Of a DNA stretch of 53,934 bases, positions 37,501-50,470 are shown piece by piece. Each line of letters opens with the position of its first letter. Positions within the stretch are counted from its first letter, which is position 1. Origin of the DNA: Pelomyxa schiedti (taxonomy: Eukaryota; Protista; Evosea). Made by a program: the position numbers and the translations under genes. Location of the stretch: assembly GCA_020536535.1 (NCBI GenBank), contig JAHLWZ010000810.1, positions 73,122 through 127,055 on the forward strand, written 5' to 3'. Under the pieces are notes generated by a model. It was not told the origin of the DNA. It searched no databases and saw only the letters and a program-made list of their open reading frames with translations.

Positions 37501-38581
37501 ATGAGCAGTATCGGTACCGGGGTACGTGTCTGCGACACTTGGATCTTAACACTCACTTGTTGTTTTTTTTATGTACAGTATGATCTGTCATGCACGACGT
37601 TTTCCCCAGACGGGCGTGTTTTCCAGGTGGAGTATGCAACCAAGGCTGTGGACAACAGTGGCACAGCAATAGGACTGCGTGTTCGTGACGGCGTCGTGTT
37701 GGGCGTGGAGAAGTTGATTTTGTCAAAGATGCTGGTTGAGGGGTCCAACAGACGCGTGCTTACTGTTGACGAGAATATTGGAGTGGTAAGCCCTCCATCT
37801 TATTGCTTTTTCTTTTTATTTTCATGCCTCTCTTTTCTCTTTTGTTCTTGAAATTCCTTTTTGAAAAACATAACAAAAAATACATGACAGGCATTTGCGG
37901 GACTTTCTGCAGATGCTAGAATGTTGGTCAAGAGGTGCCGTACTGAGGCTTCTGGTTACAGAGACTTTTATGGTTCACCAATCCCTGTATCTTCCTCCGA
38001 CATGCAACTTCATTCTAAGTGATGTAGACCCATGTATTGTCTGACAGAATTAGTGGCTATGTTCAAGCACATACACTATATGCACACCTTCGACCATTCG
38101 GTTGTGCACTTTTGATTGCTGGGTACGACGCCAAGGGCCCACAATTATTCGCTGTTGAGCCCTCTGGATTATCTTGGGTACTCTCCCACAATTTTCTTAC
38201 TCACTTAATTGCGGTGCAGGGTTTCTATGGTTGTGCTATTGGGAAGGGGAAACAAGCCTGTAAGACTGAAATTGAAAAATTGCGACTGTCGGCCATGACA
38301 TGTAGGGAGGCTATTGTGGAAGTTGCCCGCATGTATGTTTCATCTTATACGGGAAATAAATCACGCGAACCACTTAAACACAAATTACACTTCCGAGTAC
38401 AAGCTCATTCACACGCAGAATCCAATTGGCACATGATGATAGCAAAGAAAAGACTTACGAACTGGACTTGAGTTGGGTGTGTGACGAATCCAATCACATG
38501 CATCAAGCAGTTCCAGCTGCCCTCAAAGCAGAAGCCATCGCCAAGGCAAAACAAGCTGTTGAAGAGGCTATGGGCGAGTAA
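37501..38581 (+). CDS. PSMA5: Proteasome subunit alpha type-5 (20S core), about 6 exons.
   Basis: The exon chain is MSSIGTG | [69 protein letters not shown] | [32 protein letters not shown] | [37 protein letters not shown] | [38 protein letters not shown] | ...[20 protein letters not shown]. It is almost collinear with PSMA5 ([27 protein letters not shown]...). Confidence 0.9.
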
Positions 38582-38660
38582 AAAAAACAGTGTTGCTTTT
38601 TTACCAGAACGTCACTTTTTTTTCGCTTGTGCGAATTCTTCCTTAAAAGAAATTTCGCGA

Positions 38661-41356
38661 ATGAGCTACCGGCGACTGAAGGGCGACGAGGCCGATGACA
38701 ACCACTCAGGGAAAGGACTGCCGGCTACGAAGATGAGGGGTAGAAGGATGGCCGGGGGCACGCATGACAAAGCGGATGCGGACGGAAATGGGGAGCTACT
38801 GGACATCGACGAGGAAGACGACAGGGGCCGAGGGACGGCTGTTGGTAAGACACCAAAGAGGAGCCGAGACGACGAGGGCTCGAGATCGGGGAGCCCAGCA
38901 GCGGCCAGGGCTGCCAAGCCAAAGAGGCGTGACGGCAGCGGCAGTGCCGCGGGTAGTGGCAAAACGGCAGGCACACGCAGCGGGGCGGGCAGGGAGGGCA
39001 AAGCAAAGGCAAAGGCAACGGGGTCGGCGAGGAGGAAAGGGAGTCCAACTGGGCACAGCAGCGACGACGGCGAACAAGGCGAAAAAGGAAGGAGGGGAAC
39101 CCACAAGAAGGACGACAGCAATGAGGACGACAGCGAGAATGATGATGAGGATGAGGATGATGATGATGACGATGACGATGACGAAGACGATGACGACGAC
39201 GACGACGACGAGGACGAGGAGACAAAATCTAGTGATGAGAGTGAGGCACGAGATAGGGCCAACAGGAGAGGGAAGACATCAGAGGACGTTTCACCAAAAG
39301 CCACCACCACCAACACGAGTGACAGGGGGAATAATGTATCTGCCTTTCACCTTTCGTTGTGTGCTACTCTTACCATTTGTAGACAAGGTGCAGGGAGTGC
39401 ACAGCAAAGGATAAAAAAATACGCGTATCCACCTCCAACTCTTGTGTAGCTTAATTTTGTGAAGGTGCTGGAGAAGGATCTTGAAAAAGCCTACGATGAA
39501 ATTGATCTCCTCAAAACTGATGGGCGAGGTTTCCTCCAACAACTATTTTCTTTCTCTCACATTTGTTAGGTTCAGATCCTTCAAATTTAAGAAGAGACTT
39601 GCGAGAAACACTCCGGGAAAATAAAACCAATCTTGTTGAAATGAAGAAGCTGAAGGCTGAGTTAGCAAGTGTTTCAAGTGAGAAGTCTCAGCTAGAAGAT
39701 GTAGGATTAATGTGAAATAACTTGTTCCTCACCCTTCTTGAGGACTATGATTCTCTCAAAGATACAAACGAAGAACTAGAGCGAGAACTTGAGCAATACA
39801 AACAGCAGATAAAGGAGTACAAGAGTGCATTATCGAGTCACAAGTCTAAGATGGCCAGCTCCCTCAAAGCAGATCAAGATTCTCAAATCAAATTACAGGT
39901 AATTACTTGTTCAAGGTCATTTCTCACTGAAGAAAGGATGCAACTGAAGAATCAACAAAATATAAAGAAAGATTGGAATGCCTGAGTTCTAAAAATACTG
40001 AACTGGAAACGAAACTCTCTGCTGTTGTACAAGATTGTTCTGCCATTATCGAGGAGTTGGACAAGTATCATTTGCTCTTCTAAGTGCACTTCTACATCTC
40101 CCTCACAGTATTAATACAGTGTAAAACTGGAACTTGTAACAGCGAACGAGAACCTTGAAACTCAAAAAACAATCAACACAGAATGTACACCGATTACCTT
40201 CATCTTTATCAAGTTGAATATTGACAGTGAAGCGAGAAAATGAGCAACTTTCTCTTCGTCTTGAGAGTGCTGAGCAGCAATTGCTCTTAGCAGACAGGGC
40301 AAATGAGGAATATTTTGAAGAAGTCAACCAAAAACTAGAGGAATATAAAGTAAGTTGCTGAAGCAAGAGGAAATGATCAACCAAACTCAGGCATTTTCTG
40401 AAACCAAAGTAGCTCAATCAGAATCTACTACTCCCCTACCAAGCACCCGCAAGGTTGTTCCTTCAGAACCACTTCACACAGTTGACCAACTGGTTGCAGC
40501 TTTAGAGCGGAAAGGTACTTTTATTCAAGTTCACACACTCAGTAAACCCTTTACAGATGTGGAATATGAGGGAAAATGCAAGGAATACGCCCAGCTGAAG
40601 ACAGATTTCGAGTGTATCAGTTTGGAGCTTATGAATCTTGAGAAACAAGTTTCCAGCTTGAAACGTGCCAAAACCTCGACTGCAACAAAGCCTCACCCAC
40701 CCATGCCACAAGTGAGTGAATCTAAGGCAATGCATGATCTCAAAGAAAGGCATGCCCGAGAAATCGGTGATTTGGAACAGATGTATGAGCACACAAAATG
40801 ACATTAATTATTATATGAGGGAACCACTGGAGCACGACACCCAGGTCAACACTTAAAACAAACACATAGACATTAGACTCAAAGAAGAGATGAAACGGTC
40901 TGAAGGCTATCAGCGAAGTCTCGTGGAAGTAAAAATGAAACTAAAGCAAATAGAAGAGGGTTCTATAGATATTACCCAAGCTCCATAACACCTTACACCA
41001 TTCCAGAGGATGACGCCTTGAACCGTGCCAACCAAGAAGTACAGCACTTGAAGCTTCAAATAGGCTTCCGGGATGAAGACATTAAACGGTACCTTCTCTA
41101 AACTCCTTGTACCTACCCCATTGTTCTGAAAATTGATAGGCTGAACGACGACTTAAACGCGGAGCTCAGAGTAACAGATGACTTGCTTGCGGAAAATGAG
41201 AGATTAAAAGAGCTTCTTCAAACCAGCAAGGCCAAGACCAATCCAAAACCAAATGCACATTCAGCACAACCACTCAGGCATTCCACTGGAGCAACAACCC
41301 CAACAACACCAACTAAACACCACCCACAACACTTGCATAACACAATGGCCTGGTAA
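38661..41356 (+). CDS. Acidic, coiled-coil protein, with at least 8 exons. A GC-rich 5' exon carries a long poly-Asp/Glu tract.
   Basis: The 5' exon reads MSYRRLKGDEADDNHSGKG...NEDDSENDDEDEDDDDDDDDDEDDDDDDDDEDEETKSSDESEARD. Downstream exons are heptad-like, for example LEKDLEKAYDEIDLLKTDG, LEDYDSLKDTNEELERELEQYKQQIKEYKSALSSHKSKM, SLELMNLEKQVSSLKRAKTS and NDDLNAELRVTDDLLAENERLKELLQTSKAK. Confidence 0.5.
39130..39225. repeat. (GAT/GAC)n trinucleotide tract encoding poly-Asp/Glu.
   Basis: gatgatgaggatgaggatgatgatgatgacgatgacgatgacgaagacgatgacgacgacgacgacgacgaggacgag. Confidence 0.8.
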
Positions 41357-41699
41357 CCAAAACCTCAACATCACAAAGGGAGTCACCCTGCACTGTAAAT
41401 ATTTTGCTTGCATTGGCCCAACAAGGCAAAAATTCTTCCCTTTTTATTCTTTGATCTTTCGGTAATCACCAGAGTTTGTCCGTTTGGACCACCCAAACGT
41501 GATTACATCAGCATATTCCTGCGGTATTGACTGTGCAATCTCAACACTGGTGATGGCACCTTTGGGATGGTAGGACTGGGAGGTTACTATATCTGCTATG
41601 GTGGATGTTACATCTGCTATAACTATGTTCCGGTTGATGACCGCAACAAGTCCAAATACACTCAGCTGTGTGTGTGTAGTTAGGCTGGTTTAAATTGCA

Positions 41700-44326
41700 A
41701 GGAACTGGTGGATGGAAAACACACATCGTCAACTATTTCCCACAGAATGGGAGCCAAATGACGAGTCGAGGTATACTTGAGTCCACGTCGCAGGCGAATT
41801 TTAAGTGTGGTAAAGCCTGGTCTGGCATCAAGAAGCGAAAAGGATGCAGATAGACTGTGGGGTGTTGTGGTATTTGTGTTAATCCTTGTTGGAGTGTGAG
41901 GAGTGGCGCCAGAGAGAAGTGCTAAAACGCGAGAAAGGTATTCCGCTGGTTTGCCCTAAAACTGAAGTTGGAATATGCCCACAGGGGGACAATTTACCGT
42001 GTTGATAAGGAGAGATGCTTGGTCGAGAAATAGGGTGGACATATGGTCAGTGGGTGACACTAATTTTTTCATTGCACGCTCTGTCTGGAGGTCAATGAGA
42101 CGTTCCTCATTTGGTACAGATATTCTCGTAAACTTGATTCCTAATGCCTTTTAGCTCCTAGCATCATTTTACAAGTTAAAAACCAGCTTCTTTTTCTATA
42201 TTCCTCATAGATGGGATATCTTCGTGATAAAAAAGAACAATAGAAGTTCCTTAAGCGATTTTTAGAATAATGAAAAAACCATGATTTGGAACCTTCGGCA
42301 CCAGCACGACCCGTTCTTCCTGCCCTATGAATATACTGAACTGTGGATCTGTAGATAAAAGACAAAGTTAATGCTCACACAAAAAGAAAGAAGCAAACAA
42401 AGGAGGGGCAGCCATTATAATGAGATCAACTGTGGGGATGTCGAGCCCCCTGCCAGCAAGCTCAGTTGCAACCAAAACAGAAAATTCGCCCTAGATTCAA
42501 GTTAAATTTTTACTTCACAAACACGGAAGGCTACATACTTTTCTAAATCCTTGCAGTCTCTCATCACGCTTTGTTTGACTCAATTCCGCGTGGAGTACCC
42601 GTGAAACTATTAGTATGAGTAATGAGTCGAAGTTAGAGGTATGTGTACTTTTGCCAAGAGCAGAAGCATAACTTTTCGCGGATTCAACCGAGTTACAAAA
42701 CAAGAGAGTTTGTGATTTCCCATAGAACTATACATATTTTAGCTTGACAAGGAGGAGGGAAAAGAGAAACCTTCAATAAGCGTTGAATAACTTGAACTCG
42801 AAACTGCTCTTCACAAAACAGGGAGAGGTGTGTTACAGTAACAGGAAGTTTGACTTCTTGTGTTTCAACAAGGTTCACTGTTAGAAGGGCTAAGAACAAA
42901 GTGGGATATAGGGAAAAAAAGACCAACAACAAAATCAGGTGAAAGGAACTGTTGGGCCACATTCTGTGCCCACTGCCCGAATGTGGCAGAGAACAAGAGA
43001 GTTTGATGGGGTATATCTCTGTGACAAAGTATAAGGCAAAACTAGAAAAAAGGGAGGGAGAAAACTTGAGCTGAGAAAGAAGTAGCTCTATTTCATATGC
43101 ATGGATGGGTTCCAGGATTTTATCTGCTTCATCAAGTTGTCTAGTTAAGATACATTTCACCTTTAAAAAGGAGAACGAGGCAACTGAATGACCAAAAGGA
43201 TATGAATAACGAATTTGACGCGATCATATCTGAGCACTTCCAACTCTGCCAGTTCAATGATACGTCCGGGTGTGCCAACCACGATGTCAACCCCAAGACA
43301 GAGGAATTTATCTGAATGGATTAAAAACAAGGAGAGGAAGTGTTGTCGCACATTGGAGGTCGCTTGGAACTCCTCCAAAAACAGGGCATGTCAAAAGCTT
43401 GCCAAGTGAGCACTTCTCGAATTCTTCCGTTGTTTGTTCAGCAAGCTCCCGTGTTGGTTCAAGACATATCACTAGAGGGGTGCTGGATTTTTTTCGTTGC
43501 CAACCAGCACCTCCAGCTTTGGCGCTACTACTTCCACTTCCGCCACTGAGACCAGTGGTAGTCGTACTAGGAGATTCAGTAGGAACCAGTTTAGAGAAAT
43601 CGATGCCGGATGCACTAAAGTCCAGCTCTTCTCCAACAAAGTCCTCTGGTGGAAGAGAGTGATCTTCCTGTTCCACTTCGTTACTGTCTTCGTTACATGT
43701 CTCACTGCCTGGGAGGCTCTCTTCCAAAACCTCTGGGGGATTTTCGAATATAGTATGCAGTACAGGTAAAATAAAAGCAAGAGTCTTTCCACTTCCAGTT
43801 TTGGATTGGCCAACCACGTCTTTCCCAGCAAGCACATAAGAGAACAATGCTTCCTTGTGCCCGTTAGAATAAAGTAACAAGAACCAACCCACCATCATAC
43901 TTGTATAGGAAAAGGGTCGTTAATTCCCCTGGCAGCTAACATATTCACCAAGTCAGGCAGCAGGCCCAACTTGCTGAATCCGTTGTCCACACATTGCACC
44001 GCGGCGCCATTTGCGATTTTTCGACCGCGCTTTTGTTTCCGTCTTTCTGGCTTGGCACTCGGGCGTTCAGAACGTGGGGGGGGCCGCTCCGCGGCGGCGT
44101 CTCTTTGGCCCCTTCGACCACTGCTGGCGCTCTCGTCTGCGGTTGTGCCCTCGACGTACTCCTCTGGATCGGCAACGAAATCTTCGTGCTTCGCCACTGT
44201 TGCGAGGCCCTCGTCGTTAAAAACGATGTGTTTCGATCTGCCACTACTGGCAGTGCTGCTCGTCGTATTGGGCAATACAGAGGTCTCCCCCCTCGGTCTC
44301 TTTCTCACCGGTTCCAAGCCTTCCAT
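41700..44326 (-). CDS. DEAD-box ATP-dependent RNA helicase. It has a low-complexity insertion after motif I and a GUCT-like C-terminal extension. Multi-exon.
   Basis: Minus-strand exons give the Q-motif region [27 protein letters not shown]. Motif I is [18 protein letters not shown], then Ia is [16 protein letters not shown]. The exon [14 protein letters not shown]...VKFV is followed by [10 protein letters not shown] (motif II). The helicase C domain reads [17 protein letters not shown]...[19 protein letters not shown]. Motif VI reads [19 protein letters not shown]. The hand-read C-terminus reads ...[21 protein letters not shown]... and [35 protein letters not shown]. Confidence 0.85.
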
Positions 44327-44574
44327 GTGGTGCTACTACGTGTACCTTTGTTGAATATTGTGCCCTCGTTTTTGATGACACTTCTCCAGCAGTTCGGAGC
44401 CCTTCCTCCATACTGGTCGGTCATGACACCGTAGTGCCCCAGCTGGCGGCATCAGGTTCCGAGACCAGCTGGGAGAAGAAAGACCTGACCCTGTCGATGC
44501 TTTTGATTTGTCTTGTTTGCCCGTTGGAATGGAAGAGACATCAAGAAGTTACGGAGAATAAGGCGTAAGAAAGG
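44327..44574. promoter_or_regulatory. Short (about 250 bp) divergent intergenic region between the helicase (-) and the 44575 gene (+). It sits inside one GC-rich island (about 43950-45100).
   Basis: Both genes point outward and both 5' exons are GC-rich. Confidence 0.3.
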
Positions 44575-46347
44575 ATGTGTAGCACTTTACAGACGTGCGA
44601 ACTGCGTAGGCTGTTCTGTTACACCTGCGGCTCCGCACATGATATTGCGGCTGTCAGTGTGTACTACAAGTGCGAGGGCCACGGTGCCTCCCACGCACCA
44701 GTCACGCCGCCCGTGCACGAGAACCCCCCGAGCCTGGTTTCATTGTGCGAGCCTCTTCACCGTCCGTGCACGTGCGGGTGCCCCAGTGCCTCGTTGTTCT
44801 TTCGATGCCCCACAGGCCACAACCAGCGGCTCTCCGCCGGCGCCATGCGGTTCCATGTGGTCCTTGCCCCAAGTTCCGCGGACAGTGCGAGCGGAGCGCA
44901 TCATCCTTCGCCGCCCATGCCACACGCTCCCACAGCGCCCGCAACAGCACCCGCAACCGCGCCCCCCACTGAGCTGTCTCCTTCTTCAAGTTCTACACCA
45001 ACCCCAACAAACTCTGCGGCGAACAAGGCAGCACCGCCGGGCGTCGCAGAGCTGCTGTCACCGCTTTTCTGCCAGGACACAGAGTGCGAAGGAGGACTTC
45101 CCACGGGGGCGTCATACTGCCCGAGGTTCCCAATGAGGCTCGAGGTCGTGCCGTTCGACCGCGTCCCGCCTTGTGTGCCCAGTATCAGACTGCTCAATGG
45201 GCAGGCAATTATTGGGCACCCTGATTTCAATGCGATGAAGTTCAGGCTCGTGAACATAACAGAAGTGCAGGATGGGAACATAGAAAAATACGAAGGGAAC
45301 CTGAACCTTGCATTATACAGGAAGTGTCGTGACTCTTTCGTGCAAACCAACATCAGCTATTGTGCGTTTTGTCCCCTCTCCCTGTTTTTTTTTTACAGTG
45401 CCGGGACTCACCATTCCGCAGTGACATCTACCGAATTCAGAAGACAACCTCCGTCGAATTTGCACGTTGAAAACAGGGGGCACCAACTTCGTGCGTGTGA
45501 AATAGACACCGTGGAAGCACTTCCCTCAATGCTTCTTGCTGAACAGTTGTGGCAACGTCTGACCGGGGGTGATACCACTTCTATGGTTGCGACACTCGCA
45601 GTATTGTCTTCCTGTTTTCGACGTGCCCCAGTGCGAGAATGGCTTTCCATTGATGCATGCTCCAGTAAAGTTCCCTTTAAGTGCCTGGCCATCTCTTACA
45701 ACAAACCCAGTTTTCCACAATGGCACCGTCACAAAACAGGAGTTCCTCCAGTTGTGTTCATTTTGGTTGTCAGAAGAAAGTCCCCCAGTTTTTTCCTTTG
45801 ATCCGGTGAGTATCTCCACCCAGCAATCTTTCAATGTTCTCACTCTGGACAGGCATTGGTTGGTTATTGGAAGTCGCACAGGTGTCTCCCTTTCGCACAC
45901 CGTCTTTCTTTTTAACTTGCTTCCAGTTGGATATGTGGATTCTTTGAGGAGAACAATTACGAGACACTCTTCTCGGCGTTTCCAAACTGCGCCATACTTC
46001 ATTTCAGTGGCAGCTTTGCCGGGAGATATGTCCTTAAGTGCTCACCAACACAAGAAGGAGTCTCCATATTTCGCAAAGAACGTGACAGCCCGTTCATGGT
46101 GGCAGTGCACAAAGGAACACCCACACACGTCAAGCTGCACAGCACCCCAATCACAAGTGCATCATCAGCTGAACTGTCACCAGTGACGCTGTCGGGGTGG
46201 TACGTGCCTGTGCCAGTTGGAACTCTGCCCACGTTCTTCCCAACACTCCAAGCAGTGATTGAGAGCATCATCCCTTCGTGTTATGGCTGGATCACTCGTG
46301 AAATGCTCCAGGCTTATATGTGCAATAAGCAACACCTGGGAGAATAA
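44575..46347 (+). CDS. Hypothetical Cys/His-rich (zinc-finger-like N-terminus) protein, multi-exon.
   Basis: The 408-aa ORF starts MCSTLQTCELRRLFCYTCGSAHDIAAVSVYYKCEGHGASH...CTCGCPSASLFFRCPTGH and carries a Pro/Ala/Thr-rich linker. Downstream exons read KQEFLQLCSFWLSEESPPVFSFDPVSISTQQSFNVLTLDRHWLVIGSRTGVS and LSGWYVPVPVGTLPTFFPTLQAVIESIIPSCYGWITREMLQAYMCNKQHLGE*. Confidence 0.45.
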
Positions 46348-46441
46348 AAACCCCCAGACCTTCAGTCCCAACGATGAAGGAAAACGATAGGTTCTTATGA
46401 TTCCTTTTTTCGGTCTTTGTTGAAATCGGCGCCGGGGAGTA

Positions 46442-49400
46442 ATGCCATCAGCAGCAAAGGGGCCTGTAATAGACGGCACCAAGTGGTGCTGGTGCCTGAG
46501 GGGCAGAGTTGTTTCGTTCTTGATCTTTTCCCTTGCGTTGCACTGTGCCGCCATCTACTACTTCACGTCGGGGTTTCTGCTGTCGCGGGTCCAATTGACC
46601 GAAACCAGCAATTGCTCCGATTGGCGGAGTGCCATTGGCGGTCACTCAAGTTCAGGGAACTCTTTTCGCGCCGCCGGGAACGATGCTGTGTGTGGGCAAC
46701 AGCCTGTTGTCGACAAAGTCGTAATCCTTTTGGTGGACGCACTTAGGTTAGATTTAACCGATTCTCATTCCCACCCTCATTCTCAATTTCGACTTTTTCT
46801 GAGCACCTTTTAAGATATGACTTTGTTGCCCCTTGGCCTTCTAAGTCCTCTGGTTCTTGCAACAATTTTTTTAAGTGAGGCATGAGAATTTGTACTTTGT
46901 AACTCACTGAGCTCTTTTGCAGTTGCTCTCCACTTGGAGATATTCCCTACTCCAAGAACTTTCACAACCAAATGATGAATATCCAGCAGATCCTGCTGCA
47001 AAAACACAATAGTTTCTTGTTTCCCTTCATTGCTGATCCTCCAACTTCCACAATGCAACGATTGAAAGCCCTAACGACAGGTAGGAGCAAGAAGCTATTT
47101 GTCATGTTAATTTACCGAAGGTGGAATTCCAACTTTTTTTGATGTAAGCAAAAATTTTATGTCATCTGAAATTTCTGAAGACAACGTTGTTCATCAGCTC
47201 ACCAGGGTACCATTTTGACACTCTTGAGTTAGTTTGAAACTTAATTTTTCTTCCCCAGAATAAGAAAAGAATTACATTCACTGGGGATGACACATGGTTG
47301 GGATTGTATCCCAACAGCTTCAATGCCAGCTTTCCGTTCCCATCATTTGATGTCAAGGTAAAAAAGTTAGTGGCAGAGAATAAAAAAGCTAAGCTGCATT
47401 TAGGATTTACATACCGTAGACAATGGTGTCATGAAACACTTTTCTGCACAAATGAAGCAAACCGACTCCTGGGATGTATTGATCGGGCACATGCTTGGAG
47501 TTGACCACATTGGCCACAGATATGGCCCAAACCATCCCGAGATGACGAAAAAACTCGCTTCCATTGATAATGTATGAGTATTTTTCTTGTTGCACGAAGT
47601 TGCTCTAAGATATCATTGAAGTTTATCCGGGAGACAATTGATAACCTGCCTCCTAATTGTGCCTTCATCGCTTTTGGAGACCATGGTATGACTCAAGATG
47701 GCAATCATGGTGGCGGCAGTGAGGAAGAGGTACGATTCTTCCTGAGAGGCCAATAAATTCTCTTCTTAGTGGGCTTTGTGCCATCTGGCAGGTCTCTTCA
47801 GCTCTGTTTGTAGTAATGCCACAAGGCTTGAGATTACAGTCCAACACTGATATTTTGCCCAGCCAAAGATATATCAAGCAAGTGGATTTGGTTCCCACCC
47901 TATCATTTTTACTTGGAGTCCCCATTCCGTATGCCCCTTTCTGAACATTTTTACTACATCAACTCTGTTTAAGGTATGGAAACATTGGCTCAGTAATCCC
48001 TGAGCTATTTCCAAGTGAAATGTTACCCAAGATACTTACAATGAACTCATGGCAAGTAAACAGATACATTCACCAATATGTCAAACACACAAATATTGGA
48101 GAGGTTGGCTCACTCTCTGAGAGAGAAAAAACCAAAGACCCTGCTGTTTGAATTTCATTGACACACACCACCAGGAATCTTTGACCAATGCCAACGAAAA
48201 GTACAGTGAGATTTCAGACAAGACACTGGTTTCGATGCACTCTTTTTTCTTCCATTATAACACGGTTTATCTTTTGGGGTGTATACTTTTAGGAAGTACA
48301 CCTGGACACACACCTACATTACATGAACCAAGTCTTTGAACTGTGTTCACAACTGTGGTCCACATTCAATTACTCACAAGTTGCTTGGGGAATTGCTATA
48401 AGTATACTAACCTCACTTTGTGCTGGTTTGTTCTTGTTGTTACCACCGTATGCTTGGTCCACACCTTTCCTTTTTTAAAATATCACTAAATCTAAATTTT
48501 ACCCTTCCCTCACAAGAGCACCGTTCCCATACCTACATACTGGTCTCGGACTGGTGTTCAGTTTTATCCTTCTATTACTTATCAAACTACAAGGGTCAAC
48601 TATGCCATCCCCCATACAGCTTCCAATTTGTGCAACTGGTTGCCCCTCTAATTATTTGACGTTAAGTAATAAGTACAAACGAACAGTTGCTGTCTCTGCC
48701 CAATTTGGATTTCTTTACTCTACCCTTTTCCGCCTCCACCCATCTGTTTTCAGGACTCTCAGTTACTCCTCCATTGCCTCTATTACTCTTGTAGTGTTGC
48801 AAGTTATCACTTCTTTCTCGAACAGTTACATTGAAGCTGAACCCCAAATAGTCCGTTTCCTTATTACAACGGGAGTGGTATGTGCACTTTATCACATAAA
48901 CTAGGCACTGAACAAAAACGAAGGCAGGAGCTTTTGTGTATAGCTTCATCAGGCTTGTGGAGAAACATCAAGGAGTTTTGCTAGTTTGGCTGCTTATGAT
49001 GGTTTTTACGCGAGCTGTACCATGTCTGGGTCAGTTTTCCCTTGAATCTCATCAAGAGAACATGGTGATTCCTGCATCCATGCTCACACTTTTATGTTTT
49101 GCACCGTTGTGCGCCCTCTATTTTCTGGCATACAAAGTATGTACTCTCATTGTTTCAACACAAATTTCATTTCAATTTAGGCATTGAAAGCAGCCCGTGG
49201 TGTTGAATGGGGATTTATGGCCCGTGTTGTCCTATGCCTTATTTATTTCGCGGCACTTTCTCTGCTTCTATACTGGTGCACTGTTGTATTCAGCAACGTA
49301 ATTCCTGCAGTTGCGCTTCCGGCTTTCATGGGTGGTTCTCTAAGTGTAGCCCTTGCACGATTTGCAATGATAGCTTGTTGCGTGTCTCTTCTCTGCGTCT

Positions 49401-50279
49401 TCATGTTCCCGCCGTTACCCATTTTTGTGGAAATAATTTTCGAGCAAGGTGCTGTCTCAAACCTGCAATTTGGTGCTACCAAAGCTGGTTGCCTGCTATT
49501 CTGCACCCCAGTGTTTCTATGCTGTGCAACTGCACTTGGACCTTCATCGCCACTGTGTATACTTGCCATGGTGCTGCAAATTTGTGCATTTGTCTGGTTG
49601 CTGGACAAGTCAAACAGCTTGAAACTGGGAGGAAAATCCATTTGTGCATCTGGATTTGGAGGAGTCATGTTTGCCCTGTTTGCCCTGCAGCATTATGCAG
49701 CCACAGGGCATGGGTATGAGTTGAGTTCAATTCACTTTGATGCTGCATTTGTGTTGTTCAATGATGCCAATATAATAGTGGGAGGTGCGATTGTTGTACT
49801 GAACACATTTGCTGCCCCCATTCTAACTGCAATTGCTCTTCCTGTTGCAGTTGCTTTCATCAGTGACCAACCATTCAATCCCGTGAGTTATTTTTGTTTG
49901 CTCCCCCTTTCCCCCTCCACCCCGCACTCACCTCCCGTAATTTATAATCAACTGACACCACTCCCCAAAAAACAAAACGCAGTTCTCGTTCGAACACAAG
50001 CTCGCGCCGACGGTCACGGCCTTCAGTGCCTTTTTCAGCCTGTGGCTGAGCACATCGATGCTGGCGGCGTGGGTGTGCCGCAGACACTTGATGGTGTGGA
50101 GGCTGTTTTGCCCGCGCTACTTGTTTGTGGCCGTAATGGTGCTGGTTGTGGACGTTGCTCTGCTGGCGGCTGTCATGTTTGTTGTCAGAGTTACTGGCCG
50201 GTGTGCTGCCAGATACCATTATGGGCCAAAGACTATTGCTAGGATCCAAGCTGGTGGCAACTATTCAACTGAATAGAGT
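46442..50279 (+). CDS. GPI ethanolamine-phosphate transferase (PIG-O/PIG-G/PIG-N family). It has an alkaline-phosphatase-like lumenal domain and a C-terminal multi-pass membrane domain. Many exons.
   Basis: The N-terminal exon reads ...LIFSLALHCAAIYYFTSGFLLSRVQL...VVDKVVILLVDALRLDL (compare GFLLTR...VVLVIDALRFDF). The catalytic-domain exons read DSWDVLIGHMLGVDHIGHRYGPNHPEMTKKLASIDN and IRETIDNLPPNCAFIAFGDHGMTQDGNHGGGSEEE (compare GDHGM...G.HGG). Hydrophobic exons from 48150 to 50279 include a 352-aa ORF with 8 or more predicted helices. The terminal exon follows the acceptor aaacgcag| at about 49981 and ends ...RIQAGGNYSTE*. Confidence 0.8.
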
Positions 50280-50470
50280 AATCTGTTTTTACTCGATAAA
50301 GTCCAAGGTAGCAAAATACATTCTAAAGTGACAAACAACAGTCACATTCACTTGTTGTTTAATTCATCTACAATACAATTGCCGCCATCAGAGAATCCAC
50401 TGTTGGTGGTGCCAATGTGTCCCAATCCAACAAAAGATGAAAAGGCCACTCAACAGTACGCCAAAAGAAT

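Noticed and set aside
38666-39316. 216-aa and 166-aa minus-strand ORFs (Ser/Leu/Pro/Arg/His-rich) overlapping the acidic 5' exon of the coiled-coil gene.
   Set aside because: They are the antisense of a (GAT/GAC)n-encoded poly-D/E tract. Their composition is pure low-complexity and the sense strand has a coherent multi-exon gene.
44513-45136. 207-aa plus ORF in another frame, plus plus-strand ORFs at 43971..44434 and 43994..44434.
   Set aside because: They are frame alternatives within the GC island that is shared by the helicase 5' exon (-) and the 44575 gene (+). The longer 408-aa frame and the helicase motifs explain the region.
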